The notes below the pieces were generated by a model that saw only the letters and a program-made list of their open reading frames with translations, was not told the origin of the DNA and did no database searches. A stretch of DNA of 64,000 bases, from positions 4,362-68,361 of the forward strand of contig MU619390.1 of the NCBI GenBank assembly GCA_025201805.1, in the 5' to 3' direction. Of this stretch, positions 1 through 12,150 are shown piece by piece (within the stretch, counting starts at the first letter, position 1; every line of letters begins with the position of its first letter). This stretch comes from Parasitella parasitica NRRL 2501 (lineage: Eukaryota > Fungi > Mucoromycota). The translations under genes and the position numbers were made by a program.

Positions 1-427
1 GAACGAAAGCCAAATGAGTGAAAGATTATCGGCTCACTTTAACAGCATTTCTCCTAACAAAAAGTATGCTATTTATGGCGATGAAGGATACACAGGAGGC
101 CGTAACATAGTTGTTCCGAACAGCTTGCCATCTGCTAACAAACTTGGACAAGAAACAAACAAGTCTTTATCCAAAGTACGTGTGGCAATCGAAATGGAAT
201 TTGGCAAAGTATCTCAGTATTTCAATGGATGCAAATGGAAGTCTAATAATAAATTAAAGCAAGCAACACCTGGAAGAAAATACGTTCTTGGTACGTTTTT
301 CAAAAATATTTATACTTGCATAAATGGATCGCCCGTTTCTGCAATGTTCAAGCTAACACCTCCAACTGTCAAAGTATATCTTGAACAACTAATGAGACCC
401 AGAAATAATAATGATATTACAGAATAA
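1..427 (+). mobile_element. PIF/Harbinger (DDE_Tnp_4-type) transposase, C-terminal part, cut by window start
   Basis: Motifs YAIYGDEGY and NKSLSKVRVAIEMEFG match the second Asp and the Glu of the Harbinger DDE core. Confidence 0.8.
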
Positions 428-482
428 ACGATCCTATTTGAAGAAACAAATGGTAGTATGAAGTAGCTTTATTTTCTGGCTG

Positions 483-782
483 TTACTTTCGAGAGAGAAA
501 ATCGGTAAATAGTCGAAACAAGCGTTAATTATCCTGATGCAGTTGTTCGTTGTCCCGATGCAGTTGTTCATTAGCACGAATCAATTCTTCCATATCACAA
601 TGAAGTTGTTGATTGTCCCGATGTAAGTTAACAAAAATGTCTACGAGTTCTTCTTGGTTTCTTGTTCGTTGAGCAAATGATTGCTGTAGCAACCCAGCAA
701 AGTCATCGCCGCTTCTTTCAATGACTAAACTAGGAGAAGTGAGGACGGGAGCCTTTATTGTCCTGCTACTACCAGTTATGTC
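483..782 (-). pseudogene. Probable 3' exon of the Harbinger second (accessory) ORF, coiled-coil, with an internal stop
   Basis: After a candidate acceptor (aaaacag) the minus frame reads ...SGDDFAGLLQQSFAQRTRNQEELVDIFVNLHRDNQQLHCDMEELIRANEQLHRDNEQLHQDN*RLFRLFTDFLSRK*. It has heptad repeats and is convergent with the transposase. Confidence 0.4.
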
Positions 783-3622
783 TGTTTTAATATACGAAAT
801 AGATATACAGTATTAGGTACGTATTTTTCATCGACAACGGCATCATCATACAGGATTTTATTATCATCCCAATTAAAGGCGACGCCTGCTAATGTAATGC
901 CCAGTTTTGAGAAGATATCACACCCGAAGAGCGAGTGTTTATCATTTCCTAATTCCTTCATGATGAAGAAAGAATGATGCACATCACGACCATTATATTT
1001 GATATGGATGTCGTCCGTTTTACCTAATAACAGTATATTCTCATTATTTGCCAGTGTTATGTTTACATCGGGGCAAGGGTGGACGGTAATATCGTATTTA
1101 TTACACAAGTGAGAAGACAGGATGGAGATATCAGAGCCTGAATCGATCAGAGCTAGTTGCCTATGTATGCCCAACAATAAGAAAGGAGATAATGGAGAAT
1201 ATGGATTCTGATTTAGTACATCATTTGTATCGACCATTTGTCTTCTCTTGGTAGTACTGATTAGCATACTACACAAAAGATTGCCACATTTACCATTATT
1301 ATCAGATGATGGGACATCGAGGTCATTCATTGTGCTTTCATCGAGGAATTCAGCCATGTCATCGTCGTCAGTAAGAGGATTGATCTGACTCAGGATTTTC
1401 ATAATATTCTGAGCGCAGTCATTCAAATCCTGTTCGTTCACAGGATGCATATTGCTCTGCCTAGCTGTACGCACCATGTTGACACCCGCTGTTTTGGCTA
1501 AAGTGTATGGATTGTTATGGTGGGGATTAGTCAAGTGTTCGGTAAAAGACTAGCGTCTCATTGCAAACGTACCCGTGCGATTCATGTTGACAGGCTGGTC
1601 TATGCCCTTTGCAGCGTTTTGTCGTGCATTTTGAAAAGCAATGCGTTCTGGACAGAAATGACCCGGGTAGAACTTGACTTTTTCACAGTGAGTACACAGT
1701 GATCCGGTCTGAGGTGGGACAGCAGTGTTATGTCCCTTGCGATCTATTCGCTTGAAGGGGGGCGTCTTTGCCTCATCATTAGAAGCGGCTGGTCCGACCG
1801 CCAGATTGTCAGAGCGTCCACGCTTTCTATCATTGGCGCTCTTGGTCTGTTTTTCTACCTCGACTTGGTATCGTTCTAACAGATCCCAATGCACGGAGGA
1901 AGAATGAACTACCAAGAGTTCCATGATCGACTGCAAGTTTTCATGAGGTAAAATAGCGTCGCTATTGACGGGAGGGCTAATACTACCTTGAGCTGCCCGC
2001 ATCGTGGGTAGCTTTGCTTTCAAATATGTTTTCACATACTCCTTTAATGCAGCGAAACACATGATTGCCATAAAGACAGAATCAGGTACTTGGGCTTTTG
2101 CCATCAGGATGATAAAGCGTTGAAGGAATTCCATCAATGGTTCGTCAAANNNNNNNNNNNNNNNNNNNNNNNNNNNNNNNNNNNNNNNNNNNNNNNNNNN
2201 NNNNNNNNNNNNNNNNNNNNNNNNNNNNNNNNNNNNNNNNNNNNNNNNNNNNNNNNNNNNNNNNNNNNNNNNNNNNNNNNNNNNNNNNNNNNNNNNNNNN
2301 NNNNNNNNNNNNNNNNNNNNNNNNNNNNNNNNNNNNNNNNNNNNNNNNNNNNNNNNNNNNNNNNNNNNNNNNNNNNNNNNNNNNNNNNNNNNNNNNNNNN
2401 NNNNNNNNNNNNNNNNNNNNNNNNNNNNNNNNNNNNNNNNNNNNNNNNNNNNNNNNNNNNNNNNNNNNNNNNNNNNNNNNNNNNNNNNNNNNNNNNNNNN
2501 NNNNNNNNNNNNNNNNNNNNNNNNNNNNNNNNNNNNNNNNNNNNNNNNNNNNNNNNNNNNNNNNNNNNNNNNNNNNNNNNNNNNNNNNNNNNNNNNNNNN
2601 NNNNNNNNNNNNNNNNNNNNNNNNNNNNNNNNNNNNNNNNNNNNNNNNNNNNNNNNNNNNNNNNAAAGCTGTGAATTATTACAAGTCTCTTTTTATTGTA
2701 TTGAAATATCTGAAATATACATCAGTCTTGGCGACGTATCCATCGACGAAGCAAACGATTGACGCAATGCGACCTCCCAATGACGATTGATGTCAGAATC
2801 ATGGTATGCGAAAAGAGATTCGAACTTTTCAATGAATTCTTCTACGTTGAGAAAGGTAGCGACATTCTTTTTTGTATCCGTGAGCCTCATCTGATATGCT
2901 TGCGTTTGATAATTGCAAGACTCAATGTTAAAGCTGGGAATTTTTTCCATAGGAACATCAAATCGTCTACTTTGGTTTGATCCTGTGGGTACAGCGACGT
3001 TGCGTTGAACAGGTTTGTCCTTATGAGCTAAATCAGCACGGACTCCTTGCAATATGCCATCCATCACCTTGATCTTTTCGTTTAGCTGTGAAACTTCTTG
3101 GAAAGAGTCAGGGTCATCAGATTCGATGCGATCCACTACTTGATCACGCATGGCTTGAATCATAAGCTCATACTTCATCTCTTTAGCTCTCAAGCTTTCA
3201 AGTGTGATGTGAGCATACTTCGAATTCATATTATGCGGGGAGGATATGCTAAATGATGAAGAGGCCTCTACTCGTGGCCTCTCTGTCCTCGTGTAGTTCA
3301 TTTTGAACGAATTCGATGTTCCGTTATCTTTAGGATTTTGAAACTCGTTTAAATTAGTTTTAAGATCACCAACCACCGTTGGATTTCTATATTGTTGTGT
3401 ACCATTGTACTCATCCGTACGACCATCATCAGGTTCATGAAGGTCTTTCTCAACCTCCATGTCCTCCAAATCATCCTCGAATTCAGATAGAAGATTATCA
3501 CGATTAGGGGCAGTGTCAAAGTCCTTTTCATAGGATTGCGAGGAACTGTATTCACCGTGAGTTTGATTACGTGCCTTTTCGGTCACTTGGGAATCAGTGT
3601 AATTTTTCTTTTTTTCAGCCAT
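776..3622 (-). mobile_element. Ty3/Gypsy-type LTR retrotransposon remnant: gag plus aspartic protease, truncated before RT
   Basis: Gag ORFs 2693-3622 and 1550-2137 flank the N gap and include the knuckle CTHCEKVKFYPGHFC. ORF 776-1534 has the retropepsin motif ALIDSGSDIS and LFGCD. No RT, RNase H or integrase follows. Confidence 0.8.
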
Positions 3623-3792
3623 TTGACTTTCGAAAGGTAAACGTGGTTATTTTTTAATGTAAAGAACGAATCGTTCAAGAACGTTGATATAAAAAAATGA
3701 GAGTTATATGAATAACGATTATTTCCAAAGACAATTAAATAAAGATACTACAAGCGATTATATCACGGAGAACGTAGGGTCTTTATTAAAGA

Positions 3793-4365
3793 TTGAAAAG
3801 GAAGCCAGGATTGCTCTGGTCCTGGTTTCTAAAAGTCTTTATACAATTCCATTTGAATGTCAGTGTCAATATTGGAATTGAGATGAGATTCAACCTTCAA
3901 TTAATAGGCGAAAACCGACAAATGTATTTCACAGACCACACACTCTTTTTGGCTTATATCATGGAAGCAGCTAAGGTTACCTCTATTAGACCATATACAA
4001 TGGCAAATTGGGCAGGACGATTTTATGCAAAAAGCAGGAATCGATCCATGTTATACGGCACACTCTGTGCGTGCAGCAGCGAGCACAAAGGCAGTGGAAA
4101 TAGGGTACTCCATCAAGTCAATCAAGAAGCATGCGAACTGGAGTCTCAACACAAACATATTTGAAAACTTTTACTACAGATCTTTAGCAGCAGCTTCAAC
4201 CAGCATAAAGATATCCAATTCAATTTTCACACCGGAAAAACGTATCACATTAGGAGCTGAAGCGGAGGAAAATGAGATTGTTATAGTACAACCAATAATC
4301 AATACATTTCCGAAGCGAAAGCGAATAATGTAATAAATGCCCACCCTTGGTATAAATTCTGGTAA
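3793..4365 (+). mobile_element. DIRS-type tyrosine recombinase C-terminal remnant (frameshifted)
   Basis: AGIDPCYTAHSVRAAASTKA (HxxR) and ANWSLNTNIFENFYYR (catalytic W and Y region); a third frame ends AHPWYKFW* at 4363-4365. Confidence 0.8.
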
Positions 4366-4632
4366 TTAGTTTGGTTGTATACATATCCTGATTTATCAGA
4401 AAAGTTCAAATAGAAATTAATCAGGTAAAGATCCGTTTATTACATTCAAAAATAGAAGGTTTATATACTTTTTATGAACTGAGGGAAGCGATGTGAAGAT
4501 AAAGGTTTTAGTGATGAGATCCGGGAGATAGGGTAGATTGTATCTATCCCAAATGTATATGTCATGTCATATTATTCTATGATCTGATGTTTTACTCTTC
4601 AGTATGAGTTTATATTATATTGACATCCGGTT

Positions 4633-5137
4633 TTAGAATTGATAAATCAGGTACATATATCGAGAGACAGTAATTTTAGCATACAATCGATTGTGGTCTT
4701 TGATCAGTTTGTCAGAAATGGCCCAGAGATGGACTTTTCCTTTACAGAAGATGCTCAAATCAACAATGAATGTTTGTTTGTTGTCAAGAGCATTGCTGAT
4801 GTCAATGATAATGGAATGAGGTATGGAGCCTGGATATATAAGGACGTACCTTTTCTTCAGCAAAGTGATCTTGGGAGGATCTATTAGCGCTAGAGGTAGA
4901 TCGATCAGATTCATCTAGAGGCTGGTGTGATGGTGGGTCAGACATGGCGCTCGAGTATGTCTGGGAGCCACCTGTTACGGCGTCAGTCCAGGATTTTGAG
5001 CGGGTTTTGTATGAATTCGGGCCCTTAAAGATGCCATTTGGTTTATTAGCGGAGAAAGCCATAATAATTTCCTTCCAATCGGAAGGCCTGTTTAACTTAT
5101 TTGAAATCCTGTCAAAAAACAGTGAAATTTGGTCCAA
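4633..5137 (-). mobile_element. Possible non-LTR (LINE) ORF1 5' fragment, frameshifted
   Basis: Two overlapping ORFs (…KSWTDAVTGG…; …PGSIPHSIIIDISN…) resemble the start of Mucorales LINE ORF1 proteins and sit among other relics. No RT is seen. Confidence 0.3.
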
Positions 5138-5169
5138 ATATCCTGAAATTCAGTCCAAAAAACATGAAC

Positions 5170-7071
5170 AATCCAGTATTCATCTATCTGGCTCATTTGA
5201 TCCAAATCTTCTTTTTTCCAATTAGCATTACTCTGCCCAAAGCAACCCTCAATCCATGGGAAGACTTCTTGCTGCATGTTATGTCAAAAGTCTGATAAAA
5301 TAAATCTGCCAAAGAATTACACTTTTATTCATAATACATCTCTTCTCGATGTATCATATACACATTCATTACACTAGGGTTCTACTGTCTAACTGCATAA
5401 TGTAAATCATGACTACCCATGATTTACTGTAAGACCCTGGAACTGATCTGAGATCCTGATGTGAGCCCTTGCCATGTTATTGATATAACACTGCAGTTCA
5501 ATGGGAGAATCTACTCTATATATCTATTTATTCCAAGTACAAATGGATTATTCCAAAAACCAGCTATACCACGAGCAAACTCAGATGGTATCTTGCCTAG
5601 GTAATGAGCCTCCAGACGACCCAAGCGATCCTTTCATCCACCGCCTTTTTTAATGATATCAGTGGTAATACTAAGGGATTCAGCTTCCATAGCACCGGCA
5701 TGACGACCAACATGTGTAACCCGTCTTATATGAATTCTATGCTCCAAAAAGATTTTTTTTGTCGCATTGTACTGCTGGATACCACTTATACCGTCTTTTT
5801 CGTCTAAAGGTACTTTAAAATTATGCCATCATGGGCCGTCCAGGAACGCGGGCTCTTCATTTTGAGACTAGACAAATGCAAGTAAAAGTTCAATAAGCTA
5901 TTTTAGGAAAGCTTTTTTTTAAAGCTACCTGAAGTTTTTTGACCATAAAAAATGCAAATACACTAGAAGGGCATCTGTAGAGAATGTAATGTCTCATAAA
6001 ACACGCAAATTTTACTGCACCATCCTTCAGATTTTTTCCCTTATCCAAATAAAAAAGAAGAGCAACAGCTTGTTGTATACCTCTCTATGTTGTGTGCGCG
6101 AAATAATAGTTGAAAAACAATCCGAGAAATTTAAATTTCGTAAATCTGATCTTGAAGAAGCATGTGGCGGCGAGTAGAAATTGAAAACCTTTCCCGAAAA
6201 TCAAGTTTGTCAGTTGAACACCACGAGTCAAGCAGAATTTTTAATAAATTGGCCAATTTTATATGAATCCCAAATAATACAATGGACCTATCAGCATTTG
6301 TCTGTGCTTGATCGTACATCAACTTTGCGCCATACTGTTTGATTATGTTTTTCACCTCTTTGCATATTTTTTGGAGATGGCCATGTTATTCCTCTGGTAG
6401 CTACTTGATATTCGTGCAAAGACATCAAAGCCTTCTTGTACTGGTCTACAGACTCAATGCCAATAGGTACCTGAAGTTTTTTGCTCTTCCAGATTTATTG
6501 GTTGGGGCATCTTATGGCACTATAGTTTGAATGTTAAAAAAGGCTGCTACTTTAGCGGGCGGACCAACAGTGTTGGGATGCAAAGTATCTTTGCCAAATC
6601 TATCAAGGTCTAAACTTTGGCAGTATTCCTAATTTCATATTTAAAATTTAATGTGTTGTTTTTGGAAAAGTACACCAATAAAACTCATTATGTCAATACA
6701 TTCCAAACTGCCAAAGACATTCGATAAGCCAATTCGGTACTTGGCAGCTTGTTTTTCAAAATGTCTTGAAGTGCAAGAACAAATTCATTAACTTGCTGGG
6801 AAGCTCCGGTATTTGTAGGAATAGTGACAGAAGGAGTAGCACTAGTAGCTGCACTTTGAGAAGCTTCCAAAGGGACCATTTCGACACGAGCCTTCTTAGG
6901 ACGACCACGGCGAGCTTTTTGAACCGAAAATCCACTTTCTTCGGTGTGAACCACCTTCTCAATTGGCAAAAAGGTAGATTCAGGCACTTGTTCTGAATCC
7001 GAGCTAGATTCAGGAGTATCAAGCTTGATGAGACGCATCTTCCGTTGAATAGCTGGTAAAATTGGTTGCAT
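5170..7071 (-). mobile_element. Crypton-type (NDC10_II-like) tyrosine-recombinase DNA transposon, degenerate, with introns at 6629-6699 and 5868-5928
   Basis: Spliced and frameshift-corrected, it reads STELAYRMSLAVWN|EYC…KVAAFL…IGIESVDQYKKALMSLHEYQ…HMLLQ…DLRNLNFSDCF…GKNLKDGAVKFACFMRH…CPSSVFAFF…VTHVGRHAGAMEAE…GG*…EAHYLGKIP…RGIAGF…RVDSPIELQQEVFPWIE. This is the ordered Crypton motif series. Confidence 0.8.
5277..5490 (-). mobile_element. Solo LTR (214 bp) inserted in the Crypton
   Basis: Starts TGTTATGTCA and ends TGATATAACA (9/10 inverted match, TG…CA). Flanked by the 5-bp TSD CTGCA at 5272-5276 and 5491-5495. Removing it restores ELQQEVFPWIE. AATAAA is present on the minus strand. Confidence 0.85.
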
Positions 7072-7753
7072 AGTTAAGATTGATAGATAAATAAGTAGTT
7101 AAAAGTAACTTGTAGATAGTTTACAGGCTGGCCAGAAATTATACTTTTTTTGATTTAATAATACTGAAAAGTTAGAGCTACCACATTGATTCATTTTCCG
7201 GATTTCAGTATAATTAACTTTGTCTTTTAATTTCATAATACCAGTATTGTCAAGTGGATTTCAGTATTATTAAGTAGTACAATCCTTATATGGAAACTAT
7301 TTTGGACATTTTCTCCATTTTAATTGGAGGAAATAAATATTTTATTTCTAAAAATATTTTTTTTAGCTATGATAGTGTAAACAGCACCTAGTGCAACCAG
7401 AACATCCTCATCCAAAGATCCCAATGATACCAATCTTTAAATGGATTTCAATGTTTTCCAAAGAGAAAGTAAATGCCATGATAAACAACAGAACAAAATC
7501 ATTTTTTTTTTCAATTAGATTTGAAACGTATTTATTTATGTAATATCAAAAGTGAGAATGTGATAAAGCAAAGACGTTTTGTATTAATAAATTTGATATC
7601 AGTTGTGTTCCAATTATGCCATTTTCTTGTCGTGGTAGTTCATTCGCTATAGAACGGTGCAAAAGATTACATTAACATTAATGTTAGCTATAAAATAAAA
7701 ATAAAAAATAAAAAAAGGGAAGGGGGAATCTAAAAGAAAACAACAAATCCATC

Positions 7754-9732
7754 TTATTGTGAAAGCTTCACAGATTTGATAACATTTGTCTTGACACCAC
7801 TCATTTCACCACCGTAACCACCTGTTTGGGTCTTAAAAACAGCTCTTGTGGAAGACAACTTCTTCATTTGCTTAGCATACTTGCTTCTGTGCTTAACACG
7901 GGCATTTCTATTTTCCTTCTTACGATGAGGAGTCAAGCCCTTATTCTTCAAAATCTTGTATGATGCTAAACGTTTACGACCTTCCACGACCTCAATATCC
8001 CGACTTTCAATGGGTGCACGATCGGCTTCATAGTTCTCTTTTTTGACACGCTTGACAGCTTCTTTGTTGGCCACAATGTCTGCATAGTATTCGTCGTCTG
8101 AATCTACTTTACCAAAACGAACTTCATTAGCTGCAGCAGTATCATCCTCGTCCCAGTCTGCATTATCCAAGTCTGCTGATGTATCTTGAGGTTGTGCAAC
8201 ACCTTTGCGCTCTTGTCTGACACGATCTCTATACGGTAAATCGGCATCACCTTGATATTTATTGGCATTTTTAGCCTGTTTCTATAGAGGTATAAATATT
8301 GTGAATTGTTTAATAGATAATGAGTTCTGCTTACCGAATCAATCTTTGCAACATAATCCCTAATAGATTTCTTCTTGGCAATTTTATCTTCCATATCTAG
8401 CTCATCCAGGGTATCCAACTCCCCAAAGTCATCATTGCCAGTTGCTCTCTTACGTTTCTTTGCCAGTTTCTTTAGACTCTTAAATTCTTGCTCAATATCT
8501 TGAATTTCGTTTATTATGTCTTGCTGATCCTCAGAGTCCAGATGATCTGAGAGCGATGCAGTTTCAGAAATAATCGCAGGTGATATCGTTTCCTTCTTTG
8601 CTTTCTTGGTTTGTTTTGGATGTCTGACGCAAATTTTTTCTGTCGTCTCTAGATCAAGCGCAATTTGTTTGATGTCTAACCCAATTTTTTCCTCTAAAAG
8701 CTCCAATTTTTCCCAAGTTTGACGCATCTTGAATAATGCTTGAATGACAGGATGATCACGAATATTATTTGCTTCTGAAGCTTTAAGTGCAAAATAGAAT
8801 GAAATATTGGTCATGTAATTCATGAGTGTTTGGAATTTGAATAACAAAAACCGTGCAGCGCCGTCATTTTCTCCCTTCTTCAATTGAATCTTTTCCACAA
8901 TCGGTTGTAATGAATTGACAATACCAACTTTATCTTTGAATTCATCCAATAGATCAATTAATTCTGGGGATTCGTTCTGAATGATGCTGATTTTCTCTGC
9001 GATAGGAAGGTTTTTACGTCGTTTTTCAACCTTTATAATATCAAACGAAATATCATCTAATTCTTTACTGACATCCTCTACCAACTTTTTATCAGCAGCA
9101 GTATCTTCATCATTCCCGAGGCCCCAACCAGCTAAAGCATCCTCCACGAAATCAGCTTCATCCATATTAGCGAGTTGCTCTTTCTGAATTCTCAATGCTT
9201 CCTCTTCTTCTTCACGCATCTGGTCAATATCGTCACCTTCATCTGCATCATAATATGCCTTTTTAGAGGTACCCCAGGTTTTATCTATTGACACAAGTTA
9301 AACTCCATGCTTTGAAGATGCTTGTCATTTGTTACCATCAAGTTCTTCATCATCTTGCTTCCCCACAATGTCATCATCAGAAATTTCATCCTCGGAATCA
9401 CGGCCGTCTAACCCATATATTTCTCGATCGCTTATGTCTAGAAAGCTACATTAGCTGTAATACAATTGGAAAATGCATAGTTCACTAACCTTCTTCACTT
9501 TCTTGTCCATTGTTTAAGAGTATTCTGTCTCTATCGTCATGAACTATAGGCAGTAATTAGTCTTGGAGTAATTTTTTTTTTTTAACATTTCTGGAACTAT
9601 AAACATACACTCATCTTCAGAATCATGTTCGATATCGCCCCAAGTTTTGATCGTATTGACTTTTCCATCTTTTGAAGAGTTAATCTCACTATCAGCTCCA
9701 TTGCGAAAGACTGGCGTCCTTTTCTTTCCCAT
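7754..9732 (-). CDS. SAS10: SSU processome component Sas10/Utp3 (multi-exon)
   Basis: WGTSKKAYYDAD, ESPELIDLL, HPVIQAL and the C-terminal domain ILKNKGLTPHRKKENRNARVKHR…GYGGEMSG…KSVKL; ATG at 9732. Confidence 0.93.
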
Positions 9733-9898
9733 GTTATCTAACGAATTACTGAGGAAAGTAACAAATTTTTTATCTCGCTTGATCATTCGTATTATTTGAG
9801 AATGATCTAGTGGCTTGCGACAAATGAAATAAGGTCACCCCAAGTGGTACTTGTAACCCGACAACGAGCATAACTTGGGCTATTATTCTTCATACAAA
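9733..9898. promoter_or_regulatory. Short bidirectional promoter between SAS10 and BUD13
   Basis: The two divergent ATGs are separated by only 166 bp. Confidence 0.6.
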
Positions 9899-11019
9899 AT
9901 GGATGAATTAGAACACGACGACATCATAAAAAAAAAGTATCTGGCTCGTGGTTCAGGAGATGCTGCTACAAAGGCTTACATCGCATCGAAATATCTTAGT
10001 AAAGGTTCAGATACTGATGAGAAGAAGAGAAAGAAAAAAAAGAAGGCATACATTAAGAATAACATTGGGATTATTGACGAAGAAAATCTAAGCTGGGAAG
10101 CAGCAGCCGATTCACAAATTGAAGAACGCAATAGAAGGCAAGAGCAAAAGAAACTGGAGCAAGAGGCTATACAAAACGCAGGAGGTGTTTTTCGGGGCAC
10201 AACTGCTAACTGGGAGACTATTCAAGGAGGAAATCACGAAGTAGAAGAAGACGAACAGCCTCAAGTGGTGCAGGATGATAATCAACCTCGTATGTCTAAC
10301 GGACAGAGAGCAGGTGTGTTGACAAAAGCTCAAATCAAATCAGAAGCCGAAAAAGCTCGAAATTTAGAAATCAAAGCAATGGAGCGACTATCAAAGCAAA
10401 GAACACAGGATGCAGAAACAGTATACCGCGATGCATCAGGTAAAAAAGTAGACCCAAAATTCAAAAGGGCTGAGGAGGCAAGACGTCGTAAAGAACAAAT
10501 TGAGAAAGAAGCAAGAAAAATGGAGTGGGGAAAGGGGTTGGTTCAACGTAGAGAAGCAGAAGATGAAAGAAGACGACTCGAAGAAGAAAAGCATAAGCCA
10601 ATGGCTAGGTAAGGAGATACTTTACAAGCATTCATTCGAAAAGGGATCAGGGCTATGTAACTTACTTTCTTTCACAAAGGTATGCTGATGATAAGGATTT
10701 AAACGAGGAATTAAAGGATAAAGAGAGATGGAATGATCCAGCTGCGGGGTTCTTGACAGTAAGTCGACTAGTTTTCTACATGTCAGGAGATAAATAACAC
10801 CATGTAAAATAGAAAAAGACCACTACAACAAAAGGGAAAAGATTAATAAAACCAACTTATAAAGGCGCTTGGAAACCAAACCGCTTTATGATCCCACCTG
10901 GTCATAGATGGGATGGTGTAGATAGATCAACAGGATTCGAAGATACATTTTTATTGCAACAAAATCAAGCAAAATCATTCGCAGCTCAAGCTCATGCTTG
11001 GTCAACTGAAGATATGTAA
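9899..11019 (+). CDS. BUD13: RES complex splicing factor Bud13/Cwc26 (2 introns)
   Basis: AETVYRDASGK, WGKGLVQ, RWNDPAAGFL, NRFMIPPGHRWDGVDRSTGFE; ends WSTEDM*. Confidence 0.93.
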
Positions 11020-11514
11020 TCTCCTCTCTCACACTCCTCTCTGTTCTATAAATACATTTATAAAATAAAAAGCTCTTATATAACATTTATATATACATAG
11101 AAACCATATCTGTAATCTCATCCCCCACCTCCTCACATTATACTTGCTTTTTGTTTGTAAAAACTCCTATTTCAAACTATGAAGTTCTAGGAGTTTTTCA
11201 AAAGGGGGTGTAGAAAGGGGGACATCAAGTGGTAAGAAGAAGAATTTCAATGGACTGAAGGGAGAACATGAGTTCGGATCAATATCACTCATTGTAATCC
11301 CAATAAATATGCAAGTGTGTATTTATAAATTGTCAATAGGCTACAACTAAATGTAAAAAAGATCTGCATTACATCAAGACAACAACAGCAAGCACCTCTT
11401 TTATTTTCTCTGTTAATGGTTAGCAGATTTGACACATATATAAAGGATCAATTAATTTCATGTCAATTCCCTCTTTTTTAATATTAATCTTAAATAAATA
11501 AAACTGACTTGGTA

Positions 11515-12150
11515 ATGCATTCGATCAATCCCACTTCTACTTTTTCTACATCTACTACTGCTACCACTCTGCCTCCAATTTCTGATATATTTAATCATAA
11601 CCACAATATGCCCCGCTCTTCAGTACTTGATATTGCAAATTTATTATCGTCTCCTGTTATTACCGAAGCTAGTTACCATCACCATCACCATCACCATCAT
11701 CATCAGCAACATCAGCAACATCATCAACATCATCAACATCATTCTCACAGCAACCATCGAAGCAACCCACAGGATTTGAAAGCCAAAAGAAAAAGAGCTT
11801 CTCCAAATCAACTGATGGTTCTCAACCGCATCTTTAATCAAACCTATTTCCCATCTACTGAAATCCGTATTGAGCTTGGGAAGCAATTGGGCATGAGTCC
11901 TCGTACAGTTCAGATTTGGTTTCAAAACAAGCGTCAAGCTCTTCGTAGCCGTGGCAGGAATGACTCACCACCATCCTCATTTTATCTTCCTCCAATTTCT
12001 CCACCAAGATCACCCCGCTCTGATCTTTGCCAACCAAGTTATTCTCTACCTCCACTGAGACTTGTGCCTTCACATCAACAGCAGTATTCACCTAGCATGT
12101 CATATCCTAGCCCCAATTCTATTGATCATCTTCCTTTTCGTGATTGTTAA
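11515..12150 (+). CDS. Homeobox transcription factor (Yox1/Yhp1-like) with His/Gln tract
   Basis: KAKRKRASPNQL…FPSTEIRIELGKQLGMSPRTVQIWFQNKRQ; TATATAAA at 11437-11444; intronless. Confidence 0.9.
   Translation: MHSINPTSTFSTSTTATTLPPISDIFNHNHNMPRSSVLDIANLLSSPVITEASYHHHHHHHHHQQHQQHHQHHQHHSHSNHRSNPQDLKAKRKRASPNQLMVLNRIFNQTYFPSTEIRIELGKQLGMSPRTVQIWFQNKRQALRSRGRNDSPPSSFYLPPISPPRSPRSDLCQPSYSLPPLRLVPSHQQQYSPSMSYPSPNSIDHLPFRDC
11676..11742 (+). repeat. CAY/CAR trinucleotide tract encoding poly-His/Gln
   Basis: caccatcaccatcaccatcatcatcagcaacatcagcaacat…. Confidence 0.85.

Noticed and set aside
2090-2790. ORFs spanning the N run
   Set aside because: Artefacts of the assembly gap.
4375-4630. Possible additional LTR ending TGACA
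   Set aside because: No matching 5' terminus or target-site duplication found.
5280-5820. Apparent LINE reverse-transcriptase-like motif (…PLNCSV…)
   Set aside because: It is an off-frame reading across the Crypton / solo-LTR junction; the Crypton frame explains the region fully.
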